From Planctomycetota bacterium (GTDB taxonomy: Bacteria; Planctomycetota; Planctomycetia; JALXBF01), in NCBI GenBank assembly GCA_026981825.1, contig JALSID010000285.1, positions 1 through 56,770 on the forward strand: a stretch of 56,770 bases of DNA. Direction: 5' to 3'. The notes under the pieces are model-generated. The model was not told the origin of the DNA, did not search any database, and saw nothing but the letters and a program-made list of their open reading frames with translations. Shown one piece after another: positions 1-9,086 of this stretch. Each line of letters opens with the position of its first letter. Positions within the stretch are counted from its first letter, which is position 1. A program made the translations under genes and the position numbers.

Positions 1-434
1 GAGAGGTGAAGACGGGGCTGGGGCTGAAGCATGCGCGGAACTGCAGCGAGCTGGGTTCGGTGAACATCGTGCGGTGGATCAGCTACGGGTACGCCACGGC
101 GGTGTTGGCGGCGTACCGAGCCTGGGGGTTAAAACCGCCAGGAGGTGCGACGGTGAAGTGGTGGCTGGGGGCGAAGCGTTGGACGATCCAGACGGTAATT
201 GACGCGTTCCGGCAGATTTTTCTGGGGCGGCTGGAATTTCAGCCCAGTTGTTCCTCGTCCGGGAACGACTTGGGGAAAATTCCCCAGTCCAAGCACGCCC
301 TGGACAACGTTGTGCTGGCTGCCGGGCACCTCTAACGCCTAACTGGAACGTCTGAGGCACCCTTCACGGGCAGTCCGACCGCCAACGACGGCCTTGAAAA
401 CCGGTTTTTCAAGGCCCGAAAGGCCAAAGTCCAG
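1..434 (+). mobile_element. 3' end of an insertion sequence: C-terminus of a DDE transposase (IS4/IS701-like; reading frame open from the window edge to the stop at 335) plus probable right end
   Basis: The frame reads EVKTGLGL...AYRAWGL...KWWLGAKRWT, which resembles the tail after the catalytic Glu of IS4/IS701-like transposases. It is followed by a near-perfect palindrome at 390-416 (ggccttgaaaa-ccggt-ttttcaaggcc). An abrupt junction at ...ggccaaagtccag|agctccggtccc runs into the middle of a local repeat unit. Confidence 0.65.
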
Positions 435-1205
435 AGCTCCGGTCCCGCCAGGCGGCGGGCTCGAGGCCGCTTCGGGCCAGCGGCCGAAGCGGCCCGAGAG
501 GGCGCGCCGCATTGGCCATCCCGCGAGGGGCGGGCTGTTTTTCCCTCGGCGCGAGTCATTTTCGCCATCGCTTCGTTCGCCCCAGCGCTTTGGGGCGGAC
601 CCGGGCCGGGTCGCGCTACCACTGCTCCGCGGTCGCAGCGGCGGAGCTCCGGTCCCGCCTGGCGGCGGGCTCGAGGCCGCTTCGGCCAGCGGGCGAAGCG
701 GCGAGAGACGGCGCGCGTCCTTGCCAAATGAAGCCACGGCTGGGCTTCTCTTCCGCCCACAGGGGGCATTTGTGCGAACGCTTGCTTGGCGCCCATAGCT
801 CTGGGGCGGACCCGAGGCCTGGTCGCGCTACCACTGCTCCGCCGTCGCAGCGGCAGAGCTCCGGTCCCGCCGGGCGGCGGGCTCGGGGCCGGGTCGCGCC
901 ACCACTGCTCCGCGGTCGCCGGGGCGGAGGTCCGGTCCCGCCGGGCGGCGGGCCCGGGGCCGCTTCGGCCCGGGCGGGCCGAAGCGGCGAGAGACGGCGC
1001 GCGTCCTTGCCAAATGAAGCCACGGCTGGGCTTCTCTTCCGCCCACGGGGGTCATTTGTGCGAGCGCTTGCTTGGCGCCCATAGCTCTGGGGCGGACCCG
1101 AGGCCGGGTCGCGCTACCACTGCTCCGCCGTCGCCGCGGCGGAGCTCCGGTCCCGCCTGGCGGCGGGCCGGGGCCGGGGCGCGCTACCAATGCTCCGCGG
1201 TCGCG
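435..1205. repeat. Mosaic of GC-rich REP-like palindromic repeats, including a ~180-bp direct duplication
   Basis: GGTCGCGCTACCACTGCTCCGC-like units at 609, 821, 892, 1107 and 1177. AGCTCCGGTCCCGCC units at 435, 645, 857, ~928 and 1143. Segment ~695-880 recurs at ~981-1165 (offset 286). On the minus strand the unit reads GTAG followed by an imperfect palindrome, the layout of GTAG-type REPs. Confidence 0.85.
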
Positions 1206-1219
1206 CCGGCGAGGGCCCA

Positions 1220-1350
1220 CTGCACCCCGAAGCGCATCGAGCCAGCAGGGTGAAAGTCGTTGCCGGGCTATGGTCTGAAGCCCCGTAACCGAAGGTAATT
1301 GCGTCTCCGTGAGGAGAGGTGGGAAGCAACCGGAGGTGAACGAGAAGTCC
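1220..1350 (+). mobile_element. Truncated 5' (domain I) remnant of a group II intron
   Basis: The stretch GCATCGAGCCAGCAGGGTGAAAGTC...GAAGCCCCGTAACCGAAGGTAATTGCGTCTCCGTGAGGAGAGGTGGGAAGCAACCGGAGGTGAAC resembles 5' ends of bacterial group II introns as I recall them. The 5' GTGCG is decayed, and no RT ORF or domain V follows. Confidence 0.55.
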
Positions 1351-1410
1351 TTTGGAGTGCGGCAGTCCTCTGCCACTTTTAGAAAAACCAAAGCGGCACA
1401 GGAGTGCCGC
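1351..1410. repeat. Inverted doublet of the GGAG-type REP hairpin (same family as the 31.1-32.4 kb array)
   Basis: TTTGGAGTGCGGCAGTCCTCTGCCACTTT (1351-1379) is followed by the inverted copy CCAAAGCGGCACAGGAGTGCCGC (1388-1410), just past the stop of the ABC gene. Confidence 0.85.
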
Positions 1411-1427
1411 GGTCGAAAAAAGGCGCA

Positions 1428-3254
1428 CTAGTCGCGCGGGGCGCTGGCCGCGAGGATGAGCTTGCGGCGCTGAGCCAGAGCGTACTGAAGATGACGGTAG
1501 AGTTCGCTGCGCTGCGTCAGCTCCGCGTGCGTGCCAATGTCCTCAACCACGCCGTTGTGCAATAGCACCACCTGGTCGGCCGACTTGAGCGTGCTCACTC
1601 GCCGCGCCAGAAAGATCACCGCTCGATTGGGACAGAAACGGTTCAACGTGTCTTCGACCAGTTGACGAGTGTCCTCGTCCAGGACCGTGTCCGGCTCTTC
1701 GATGATCGCGATCGCCGGGTCCTTGAGAATCAGCCGCGCCAGGGCGATGCGAAACTGCTCGCCGGTGGTCAATTGGACCCCGTGGGGGCCGATGACCGTG
1801 TCGTAGCCGTCCTTGAGTCGTTGGATGAATTGGTGGGCGTGGGCCATCTTCGCCGCCGCTACGATCCGTGTGAACGGTACCGTCTTGTCCCCGTCGGCGA
1901 TGTTGCCACGTACCGTGTCGAAGCTCACATAAGCGTCGGCTACGGCCAGTCCCACATGCGCACGGAGACTCTCCAGCGTGGCAGTGCGAATGTTGCGACC
2001 ATCAATCAGAACGACTCCCTCGTCAGGGTCGTACAACCTGGGCACCAGGTAGGCCAGGGCGCGGGCCGAAAGGGGATCGGTGGACAGTACGGCCACCCTG
2101 GCATCTTTGGGCACGACGAACGACACACTGTCCAGCAGAACCTGGCCTCCCCGCTCGACCTTCACATCTCGGAACCGCAACTCGTGTTCGAGAGGGGGCA
2201 TGAATCGAGCATCGGGGAGTTGATACACGGCCTCATCTACGTAAAGAAGCCCCAGGGCTTCCCCCACGGTCTTGTCCAGCGATTTGAGTTCTGCACGGAG
2301 CGCCCACGCGTTTTGCACACGGATCACACCGAGCGCAAGTGCGCCAACGACAAACGCTGCGTCACTTACCGCAAGCTTGTCCGCCAGCAGAGACCAGGCA
2401 AGCAGTAGTCCGATCAGGATCCCGGCGACCAGGAAGGGCAGCACGACCAGCGGCCACACCCACGCACCCAGCCGCTCTTCCCCCTTCTCGGCCCGTAGGC
2501 AGTGCTTCTGCAATTCGCTCAGCCGCTGGAGATCGTACTCTTCCTGCGCGTTCGCCCGCGACACATCACAAACCCGCAAGATCTCGCGGGTTGCCACCTC
2601 GCACTCCTGGCGAATCCGTGCCGCTCGCTTCATCAACCGGCGAAATGGGCCGACGAGCTGACTGCTGGCAAGAACCGCTGCCACGGCGGCCACAGCGATG
2701 CCCACGGCCTGGAGCGGGGCGATGACCAGCGCAGCTATTAAACAAAACACCGCCACGACGGGATCGCGTAGGACGGCCTCGTACCACGCTCGGAGACCCC
2801 GTCGCGCCGATGCCGCGCCCGAGCTGACCAGGCGGTCAATCTGGCTGACCCGATCGGGCAGCGAGGCGGAGAATGCCGGGATACGGTACGCCTGTCGGAC
2901 GAGTGCGTGCCGGAGTCGGTCTGCCCCCTCGACCGCCATCGCCCCCAGAACTATCCCCTCCAGGCCCCGCGCAATCGCCCACAGCACGACCAGACCGACG
3001 GAAGCGGCCGACAGCAGTGCAATGGCATGAAACTCTCCGTCAGGTAGTGGCACCGTGGCTCGAACCAGCGCGTTGATCCGTCCCGAGGATGCTACCCCCA
3101 AGGCGGCAAGCGTCTGCTCGGTGGCGCTAGCCATTAAGGCCACCACACAGAGTTGCACCGCGAGTCCGACCAGGGTAAGGGCGACCAGCAACCACCTGAG
3201 CGACGAGCGAGCCGTGTAGCGCGAAGCCAACTCTCGGATGGCCGATTGCCACAT
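1428..3254 (-). CDS. ABC exporter-type protein (transmembrane + nucleotide-binding domain) with degenerate ATPase motifs
   Basis: 608 aa. N-terminal hydrophobic helices precede an MsbA-like NBD scaffold (LVPRLYDPDEGVVLIDGRNI, AHAHQFIQRLKDGYDTVIG). Walker A, signature, Walker B and H-loop are all altered. Confidence 0.85.
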   Translation of the reverse strand: MWQSAIRELASRYTARSSLRWLLVALTLVGLAVQLCVVALMASATEQTLAALGVASSGRINALVRATVPLPDGEFHAIALLSAASVGLVVLWAIARGLEGIVLGAMAVEGADRLRHALVRQAYRIPAFSASLPDRVSQIDRLVSSGAASARRGLRAWYEAVLRDPVVAVFCLIAALVIAPLQAVGIAVAAVAAVLASSQLVGPFRRLMKRAARIRQECEVATREILRVCDVSRANAQEEYDLQRLSELQKHCLRAEKGEERLGAWVWPLVVLPFLVAGILIGLLLAWSLLADKLAVSDAAFVVGALALGVIRVQNAWALRAELKSLDKTVGEALGLLYVDEAVYQLPDARFMPPLEHELRFRDVKVERGGQVLLDSVSFVVPKDARVAVLSTDPLSARALAYLVPRLYDPDEGVVLIDGRNIRTATLESLRAHVGLAVADAYVSFDTVRGNIADGDKTVPFTRIVAAAKMAHAHQFIQRLKDGYDTVIGPHGVQLTTGEQFRIALARLILKDPAIAIIEEPDTVLDEDTRQLVEDTLNRFCPNRAVIFLARRVSTLKSADQVVLLHNGVVEDIGTHAELTQRSELYRHLQYALAQRRKLILAASAPRD

Positions 3255-3505
3255 CTTTCCACCTACGTTGCTAGTGATGATGCCGCTACCAGGGGTACCG
3301 TCGCCCCCAATAGGAGATTCGGGACAGGGAGCGTACCCAGGCGCTCCACCATCTTAGTCGGCAGAATGGTAGCTCAACCACCGCCCCTTGCTCGCCCGGA
3401 GGATCCGATTCGTCCCCTCCTGGAGAATTTCGCTTTCGGCGGGGCGTGCCATGCTAATTCGCCGCACAGGTGAGGCAACAGGCCGATCGGCGCCCCGCCC
3501 GCCGC

Positions 3506-4357
3506 TCAGGCAAGGTCGCGATCCTGAAAGAGCAACAACGCCAGCAGCAGAGCTGCTCCGCTGTAGAAGCAGCAGTAGAGCACGGCGGCCCCCACGTATG
3601 CTAGCGGGATGTGCGAGCCCGTGGCAATGGCCGGCGTGACATTGAGGTACTCCAAGGGGGGCAGAACAACCATTAAGAATTGCGCCCAGAACAGGAAGGG
3701 CTCGAACATCTCCACCTGTTGTCCCCTGTAGACGATCACGGGCACCAGGTTTCCGAGGATGAAGACGGTCGCGACCACAATTGCCGTGACCACAAGGTGG
3801 AAGCGCGTCGCAAGGGCGACGGCGAGAGCGGTGAGGACCACGACCTCGAGGAATGCCAGGAATAGGCCGGGAAGGACCTGAGTGACCTCAGCGATTCGGT
3901 GCTGCGTGAGCTGCTGGCGGTCGATGTCGGTCATCATCCGCCCGTCCGGGCGGTAGTTGTTCTCCCGCACGTCGTAGCCGACCTTGTAGTAGACCGCCCC
4001 GACAAACACAATTCCCAGGATGGCACACACCAGCGCCACAGCGGCGACGATACCGATAAACTTGCCCACGATGAACTGGGTCCGCGTTACCGGCTTGCTG
4101 AGAACGGTGATCGCCGTGCGGTCCTCAATGTCCTCCGAAATGCTGTTGCTGGCGGCCAGAACCGCCAGCAGTGCACCGGCGGCCAGGATCACGGCCAGAC
4201 CGGTGTCCTTGAGCATCTTGATGTCCTCGCCAAACGTGAAGTAGGGGATCACGGTGAACAAGGCGAGCAAGACGGACCCTACGATGATGAGCAGCAGGTA
4301 CAGCGGTTGTCGGATTGTTTCTCGGAATGTCGTGATCGCGACCGTCAGCGTCCGCAT
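3506..4357 (-). CDS. ABC-2 type transporter permease
   Basis: 283 aa, about 6 TM segments. Motifs IAITTFRETIR-like N-terminus (VAITTFRETIRQP), EDIEDRTAITVLSKPVTRTQFIVGKF and C-terminal FQDRDL are typical of ABC-2 permeases. Confidence 0.85.
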   Translation of the reverse strand: MRTLTVAITTFRETIRQPLYLLLIIVGSVLLALFTVIPYFTFGEDIKMLKDTGLAVILAAGALLAVLAASNSISEDIEDRTAITVLSKPVTRTQFIVGKFIGIVAAVALVCAILGIVFVGAVYYKVGYDVRENNYRPDGRMMTDIDRQQLTQHRIAEVTQVLPGLFLAFLEVVVLTALAVALATRFHLVVTAIVVATVFILGNLVPVIVYRGQQVEMFEPFLFWAQFLMVVLPPLEYLNVTPAIATGSHIPLAYVGAAVLYCCFYSGAALLLALLLFQDRDLA

Positions 4358-4644
4358 TCGGCTACGCCTCGCAGCTCGTTCCCCTGCTGTGCCTCAACCC
4401 ACCCTCTCGCCTGGATCTGGACCAGGCCGCGACGCCACATTATCTATCTAACGCGGCACGCCTGTGCGGAGTTCGAGAAGAAAACCACCAAACGGTTGCC
4501 GGGCTTTGGCGAACCCGGCGCGCCGGACCGTTCTGCAGCCGGCAGCATTGCCCGACAAGCCAGCTCCGCACCTCCCGGCGGGGCCGATACCACAGGGGGT
4601 GTACCATTAGAACAAAGATCACCCGTCTTCCCAGAGGTGCACCG

Positions 4645-6087
4645 ATGAAACGGATTTGCTTAGCTCTTGCGCTCTTCTCCGTGCTGGCTGGCGGTGCCCG
4701 CGGCCAGTGCATGGTCGGTGCTGCCAAGCGAGAAATTACGCCGGAGGTGATGGAGGGAAGGGCGGTCTACCTGGCCGGCTTCGGCCAGAACCGCACGGCC
4801 ACAGGCGTGCACGATCCGATCTGGTCGCGAGCGTTCGCCCTAAGCGACGGTAAACGTACGGTGGCGATCGTCGTGGCCGACCTCATCGGCTTGTTCTACG
4901 AACCGGATGTTCTGGCGATTCGGGCGATTGTAGCCCGGGAATTGCCGGATGTGCACGTGATCGTGGCCAGCACGCACAACCACAACGGCCCGGACACCAT
5001 GGGCCTTTGGGGGCCTGTACCCCTGATCACTGGCATCAACCCCCAATACCAGGACTGGATGCGGAAGCAAACGGCCAAGGCGGTTGTAGAGGCGGTCCGT
5101 TCCTTGAGGCCGGCGAAGATTCGCGTCGGCAGCATCGTGAACCAACACCTGGCGGATCTGCAAGGCGACGGCCGAATTCCCATCGTGAAGGATCCACAGT
5201 TATTCGTGCTCCAAGCGACAGACACTGAGTCGGGGAAAACCATCGCAACGTTTGTTCAGTGGAGCAGCCACCCGGAGACGCTGGGTGGTTCGAACCGCTT
5301 GCTGACGGCCGACTACTGCGGTGTGCTTTGTGCCGATCTGGAGCGGCGCTACGGCGGCGTGGCCGTCTATGCGAACGGAGCCATTGGCGGCCTGCTGGGT
5401 CCGTTGGACATACGCATTCCCGTTCCCAATCCGCGCACGGGAAAACAGACTCCGCGCCGCTCGTTCGAACGCGTGGAGGCTCTGGGCCTGTGGCTGTCGA
5501 AGTACGCCACTGAAGCGCTCGAACGCGGCGAGCCCGTCACGGGGAACCCGCGCCTGGAACTGCGGGTCCGGCAGGTGTACGTGCCGCTGCAGAACGAGCG
5601 ATTCCGCGTCCTGGCCGCTGCCAGCATCATTGACCGTCCTCTTTACACGGACGGCCGCATCGATCGACGAACCCAACGGAGAAAGCTTCCGTTCCTGGGG
5701 GGCGTCGAACTACCCATCGCTCGGGGGCGCGACCTGCGCACCGAATTGAACGTCCTCCGGTTCGGTCCGGTGGAGATCGTGACGGTTCCCGGCGAGCTTT
5801 ACCCCGAGCTGGCCAACGGCGGCTACGTACGCTATCCGGGCGCGGACTACCCGGACGCGCCGTTTGAGCCCGTCATTCGGGAGCACATGACCGGAAAGTA
5901 CAAGGTCCTCATCGGGTTGGGCAACGACGAGTTGGGCTACATCATCCCCCGTTGCGAGTGGGACAACTCACCGCCGTGGTTGAACAACCAGGACCACGAA
6001 ACCTACGGTGAAGTGAACTCGTGCGGTGTCGAAGTTGCCCGGATCGTGACGGGAACGCTACGCGAGCTGCTCCGCAGCGAACGGTGA
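4645..6087 (+). CDS. Secreted neutral/alkaline ceramidase-like hydrolase
   Basis: Signal peptide MKRICLALALFSVLAGGARG; family motifs GVHDPIWSRA, STHNHNGPD, HPETL, TADY, PGELYPE and NDELGYII. Confidence 0.75.
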   Translation: MKRICLALALFSVLAGGARGQCMVGAAKREITPEVMEGRAVYLAGFGQNRTATGVHDPIWSRAFALSDGKRTVAIVVADLIGLFYEPDVLAIRAIVARELPDVHVIVASTHNHNGPDTMGLWGPVPLITGINPQYQDWMRKQTAKAVVEAVRSLRPAKIRVGSIVNQHLADLQGDGRIPIVKDPQLFVLQATDTESGKTIATFVQWSSHPETLGGSNRLLTADYCGVLCADLERRYGGVAVYANGAIGGLLGPLDIRIPVPNPRTGKQTPRRSFERVEALGLWLSKYATEALERGEPVTGNPRLELRVRQVYVPLQNERFRVLAAASIIDRPLYTDGRIDRRTQRRKLPFLGGVELPIARGRDLRTELNVLRFGPVEIVTVPGELYPELANGGYVRYPGADYPDAPFEPVIREHMTGKYKVLIGLGNDELGYIIPRCEWDNSPPWLNNQDHETYGEVNSCGVEVARIVTGTLRELLRSER

Positions 6088-6578
6088 CGGCCGCTCTGCG
6101 TGGCACCGCCGCGACGCCGGCCGTTACGCCCCGACGCGGCCACCTTCGCAACGTCCGGTTTGACCCGTGCCACCATGCAGGGGTAAGTCTGGAGCCGTCG
6201 GTCGGTGCCGTTCGGTATCGGGGGCGCTGAGGCCGATGCGCGGCGGGGGCATACGAACCTTCCGGCACGGGCTCCATCGAATTCTGGATGCCGCCTTGCC
6301 CGGCGACTCCCGATGAGGCGCCAAGCTTTGCCCAAGACCCAGCCGCGACCACGCTGGGGACGTTTCGTCGCAGGCTGCCGACGGTTTTGGGGGCCGTGTG
6401 CGCAGTCCGAGCGATGAGTCCGAGCAACGACGAGCCTCTTGTGGCTGTACCCCCGGTTCCTCGCGTACAGAGGGGGCGTGTGCTCTCAGCCGCTTTCGAA
6501 CTTGGGCGCGGGCGCCGACTCCGGCCCGTCGCGTACGTCTCCTGGCGTTCCCTGCCCACGGGCCAAGCAATGACCGGC

Positions 6579-6882
6579 CCAGCCTGTGTCTGAAAACGGT
6601 TGTGACAGGGCGCGCGGGGAGGAAGGATGCGTTCGAGGGGATCCGACCGATCCACGAAGCCGAGCTCTTAACGGACCTGAATCTCGGCGGATGGAAACCG
6701 GTCTGCTCACCACAAAGACACGGCGTACACAGCGAGAAAAAAGAACCCTGTGCCCTCTGGGTCTCTGTGGTTGGTCTGCGTCGAGACAACGCCGTATCCC
6801 TTCTGGGATGCTGAGGAGCCAATTCGCGGTCCGTTCCGAGCTGTCGCTGTCCAGGCTATTGGGGGGTTCAGACACAGCCTGG
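6579..6882. mobile_element. MITE-like non-autonomous element (~300 bp)
   Basis: Terminal inverted repeats CCAGCCTGTGTCTGAA (6579-6594) and TTCAGACACAGCCTGG (6867-6882) match at 15/16 positions. There is no credible ORF inside. An internal palindromic pair lies at 6709-6719 / 6761-6771. No clear target-site duplication. Confidence 0.5.
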
Positions 6883-7081
6883 CGCACGCCGGGTTTCTCC
6901 GGCGGTGCGGACACCCGGTTAACCTCGGAGGTCCCTCGCTTGGTGGAGCGGACGCGGTCGATCCAGGCGGCTCTACGGACGGCTTTCGGTCCGGCACGGC
7001 AGAAGCGAGACAGCGTGGCGGGTTGACGCTTACGCCGTCATTCGGCGCCAGACCGGTTGGCAGTGCGCGAGCGTGCCGGTG

Positions 7082-7109
7082 TGTCAGGAAAACCCGTCGG
7101 CGAGCGTAA
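7082..7109 (+). promoter_or_regulatory. ECF-sigma-type promoter
   Basis: TGTCAGG-N16-CGTAA, with the same spacing as the copy at 8176-8203. It resembles ECF41-type TGTCACA-N16-CGTC promoters. Confidence 0.55.
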
Positions 7110-7152
7110 GCGCCATGGAAAGGGTTCGGTGTAAGCGACGGGAGGCTGAGCT

Positions 7153-7392
7153 GTGGGAGAGCTGCTTGGGCTTATCGTTTTGGGTCTGATCGTTTACGGT
7201 GCCTTCGCGGCAGCGGCTTCGGCGTATGAGGAGGGATACCGTGCCGGCAAACGCGAAGGGTCGCGAAAGGCGTACGGAGTGGGGTACGAGCGGGGACGCC
7301 GTGAAGCACCGCCTTCTGAGGCAACCGGTTGCCTGATGCCTCTGGCCGCCCTACTCGCTGCCTTGCTCGCCGCAGGCATCGCCTTCTGCTGA
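7153..7392 (+). CDS. Small (79 aa) two-TM membrane protein, paralogue 1
   Basis: GGAGG RBS and GTG start; hydrophobic N- and C-termini. The core AGKREGSRK and the TGCL.PL.ALL.A..AAG.A.C end are shared with 8247-8486. Confidence 0.75.
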   Translation: MGELLGLIVLGLIVYGAFAAAASAYEEGYRAGKREGSRKAYGVGYERGRREAPPSEATGCLMPLAALLAALLAAGIAFC

Positions 7393-8175
7393 GCTAGCGT
7401 CCCATGGAGGGGACGCTTCGCGCGAGCGCCCGTTTTTGCAAGGTGTGGTCGGTGCGCCGACATCTGTAGCAGCGTTCTACGCCGTCGCAGGGGCTTTTCA
7501 GGCGTGCTCCTGTACTTTCCCGCTTTTCATAATCCTCGGCATGACCTCCGATGACGAACCAGAGTCTGCCGCGCCTGGGGAAACCGGTAAGCGGTTCCTC
7601 CGCGACGCGTTGCGTGCTGCGATCAGCCGGCCCGGACGCTCTGGGCGCCGGCAAGAACCGCAGCGCGGCCCGTGCTGGGTTCGGGCCAATGCTGCGTGGC
7701 CGGAGCTGGGCGACCCTGGTACGGCGAGCAGCTTACACACGGTGCCGTGGAGCAACGATGAGCAGCAGGATCAGGTGAGCCGTCCGACCGCCCCTGCTGC
7801 CGTTCACCGAAAGATTGCCGGTTCGGGAGGTGCGAGATGGGCCGGTCTTCTCCGCGCGGGCGCCGATGCTCGAACCCGCGCACAGGCGTCCCGACGCGCG
7901 GCCACGAGCAGCGCAGGCCAGTCAGTGGCCCAACGCCATCCGGCTCCACTACGTAGCGGCCAAGCGCGCCCCCGGTTGTACCGTCCGCGCGCTTTCGCGG
8001 TAACCGAGGCCGCGGAGCTCGGCCTGAGAAGCGGTGCGACCGGCCTCGCAGAACGACGGCGCTGATTGAGGCACCGTCGCTAGCACGTGTACAGGGCCGT
8101 GCGATTCGGTGCTCCGGCGACCTGTGCGGAGTGCCGTCGACCGGAGTGGCCCGTGGCCAGAGGCTGTTCGGTGGG

Positions 8176-8203
8176 TGTCAGAAATGCAGGGCGGCCGGCG
8201 TAA
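8176..8203 (+). promoter_or_regulatory. ECF-sigma-type promoter (second copy)
   Basis: TGTCAGA-N16-CGTAA upstream of paralogue 2. Confidence 0.55.
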
Positions 8204-8246
8204 CCACAGCGGAAAAGGATCGGCGTCACTGACGGAGGACCGACCT

Positions 8247-8486
8247 GTGCTAGTGCTGCTCGACCCAATTGGTTCGGTATTCATCGCTGCCGCAGCATTC
8301 GCGAGATGGGCTTTCGCACGCAGACCCGTATGCTTTGCCGGCAAACGGGAGGGATCGCGAAAGGAGTTCGGGCTCGGCACCGACAAGGGATGCCGAGTGG
8401 GGCCGCCGGCACGGGGAACCGGTTGCCTGCTGCCTCTGGTCGCCCTGTTGACCGCCTTCATCGCCGCAGGCGTTGCTCTTTGCTGA
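8247..8486 (+). CDS. Small (79 aa) membrane protein, paralogue 2
   Basis: GGAGG RBS and GTG at 8247 (in frame with listed ORF 8109-8486). Same length as paralogue 1, with AGKREGSRK and TGCLLPLVALLTAFIAAGVALC. Confidence 0.65.
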   Translation: MLVLLDPIGSVFIAAAAFARWAFARRPVCFAGKREGSRKEFGLGTDKGCRVGPPARGTGCLLPLVALLTAFIAAGVALC

Positions 8487-8604
8487 GCTCACGCTTGCGC
8501 GACAAAGGACTGCACTCACGCGCTCGCTTACTTCTCTACATGGACGGTTCCGTTGCTCGTGACGTGTTCGTCTCGTCCAACAAGGGTTCAGGTGGAGGTT
8601 GTCG

Positions 8605-8688
8605 TTGCTAGGTGACCTAGTGCTGTTCGTGATGTTTGCGTTGATGGTCTACCTCCTTAGCACGAGCGGCGAGGGATGCACGGCTTAA
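8605..8688 (+). CDS. Possible 27-aa hydrophobic peptide, or a truncated third paralogue
   Basis: GGAGG lies 6 nt before a TTG start; the frame reads MLGDLVLFVMFALMVYLLSTSGEGCTA*. The leader AAGGGTTC resembles that of paralogue 1. Confidence 0.3.
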   Translation: MLGDLVLFVMFALMVYLLSTSGEGCTA

Positions 8689-8881
8689 CCCGCTGCTCCC
8701 GCGCCGTTTGTCCTGTCCTAGCGAAAGGGATCGAGCCGCGTCCGCGGCTGTCACCGCAATTTGCCTTCCGATGCGCGAGCTCGGAAGCACTTGATCTTCG
8801 ATGAGCATGCAGAAGGGGCGTGATCGATCGGGGAGGTCGTCCGGAGTCACTGTTCTGGCCAGGTGGTCGGGGGATGCGAAC

Positions 8882-8930
8882 GGGGGCATCGATGGGACTT
8901 GTGCACGTCGACGGCCCCCTTTTGCTTTTG
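8882..8930 (+). terminator. Possible intrinsic terminator
   Basis: Imperfect stem gggggc-atcgatg / cgtcgac-ggccccc followed by ttttgctttt. Confidence 0.4.
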
Positions 8931-9086
8931 ATTGACTCCCGCGAGACCAGGTCCCGCCGTCGGGACCCTGGACCGGGAGTACTGCTGAAGGGTCCGACGG
9001 CGAGGAAGGGCGCCACGCGTCGTCGCTGCGGGGAAGGGGGGGAAGGGATGGCCCGTACGCCGCGTTCGCTGCCGTTCGATCCGCGT

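Noticed and set aside
332-1428. Overlapping Arg/Pro/Gly-rich ORFs
   Set aside because: These are translations of GC-rich palindromic repeats.
6914-6976. Twister ribozyme, c-di-AMP riboswitch or tmRNA/tRNA end (TAACCTCGGAGG; GCTCCACCA on the minus strand)
   Set aside because: Only isolated words match; the remaining required motifs and the T-loop are absent.
7436-8065. 209-aa ORF between the two microprotein genes
   Set aside because: Its composition is Arg/Ala/Pro-rich with no recognisable motif or RBS, so it cannot be supported as a gene.
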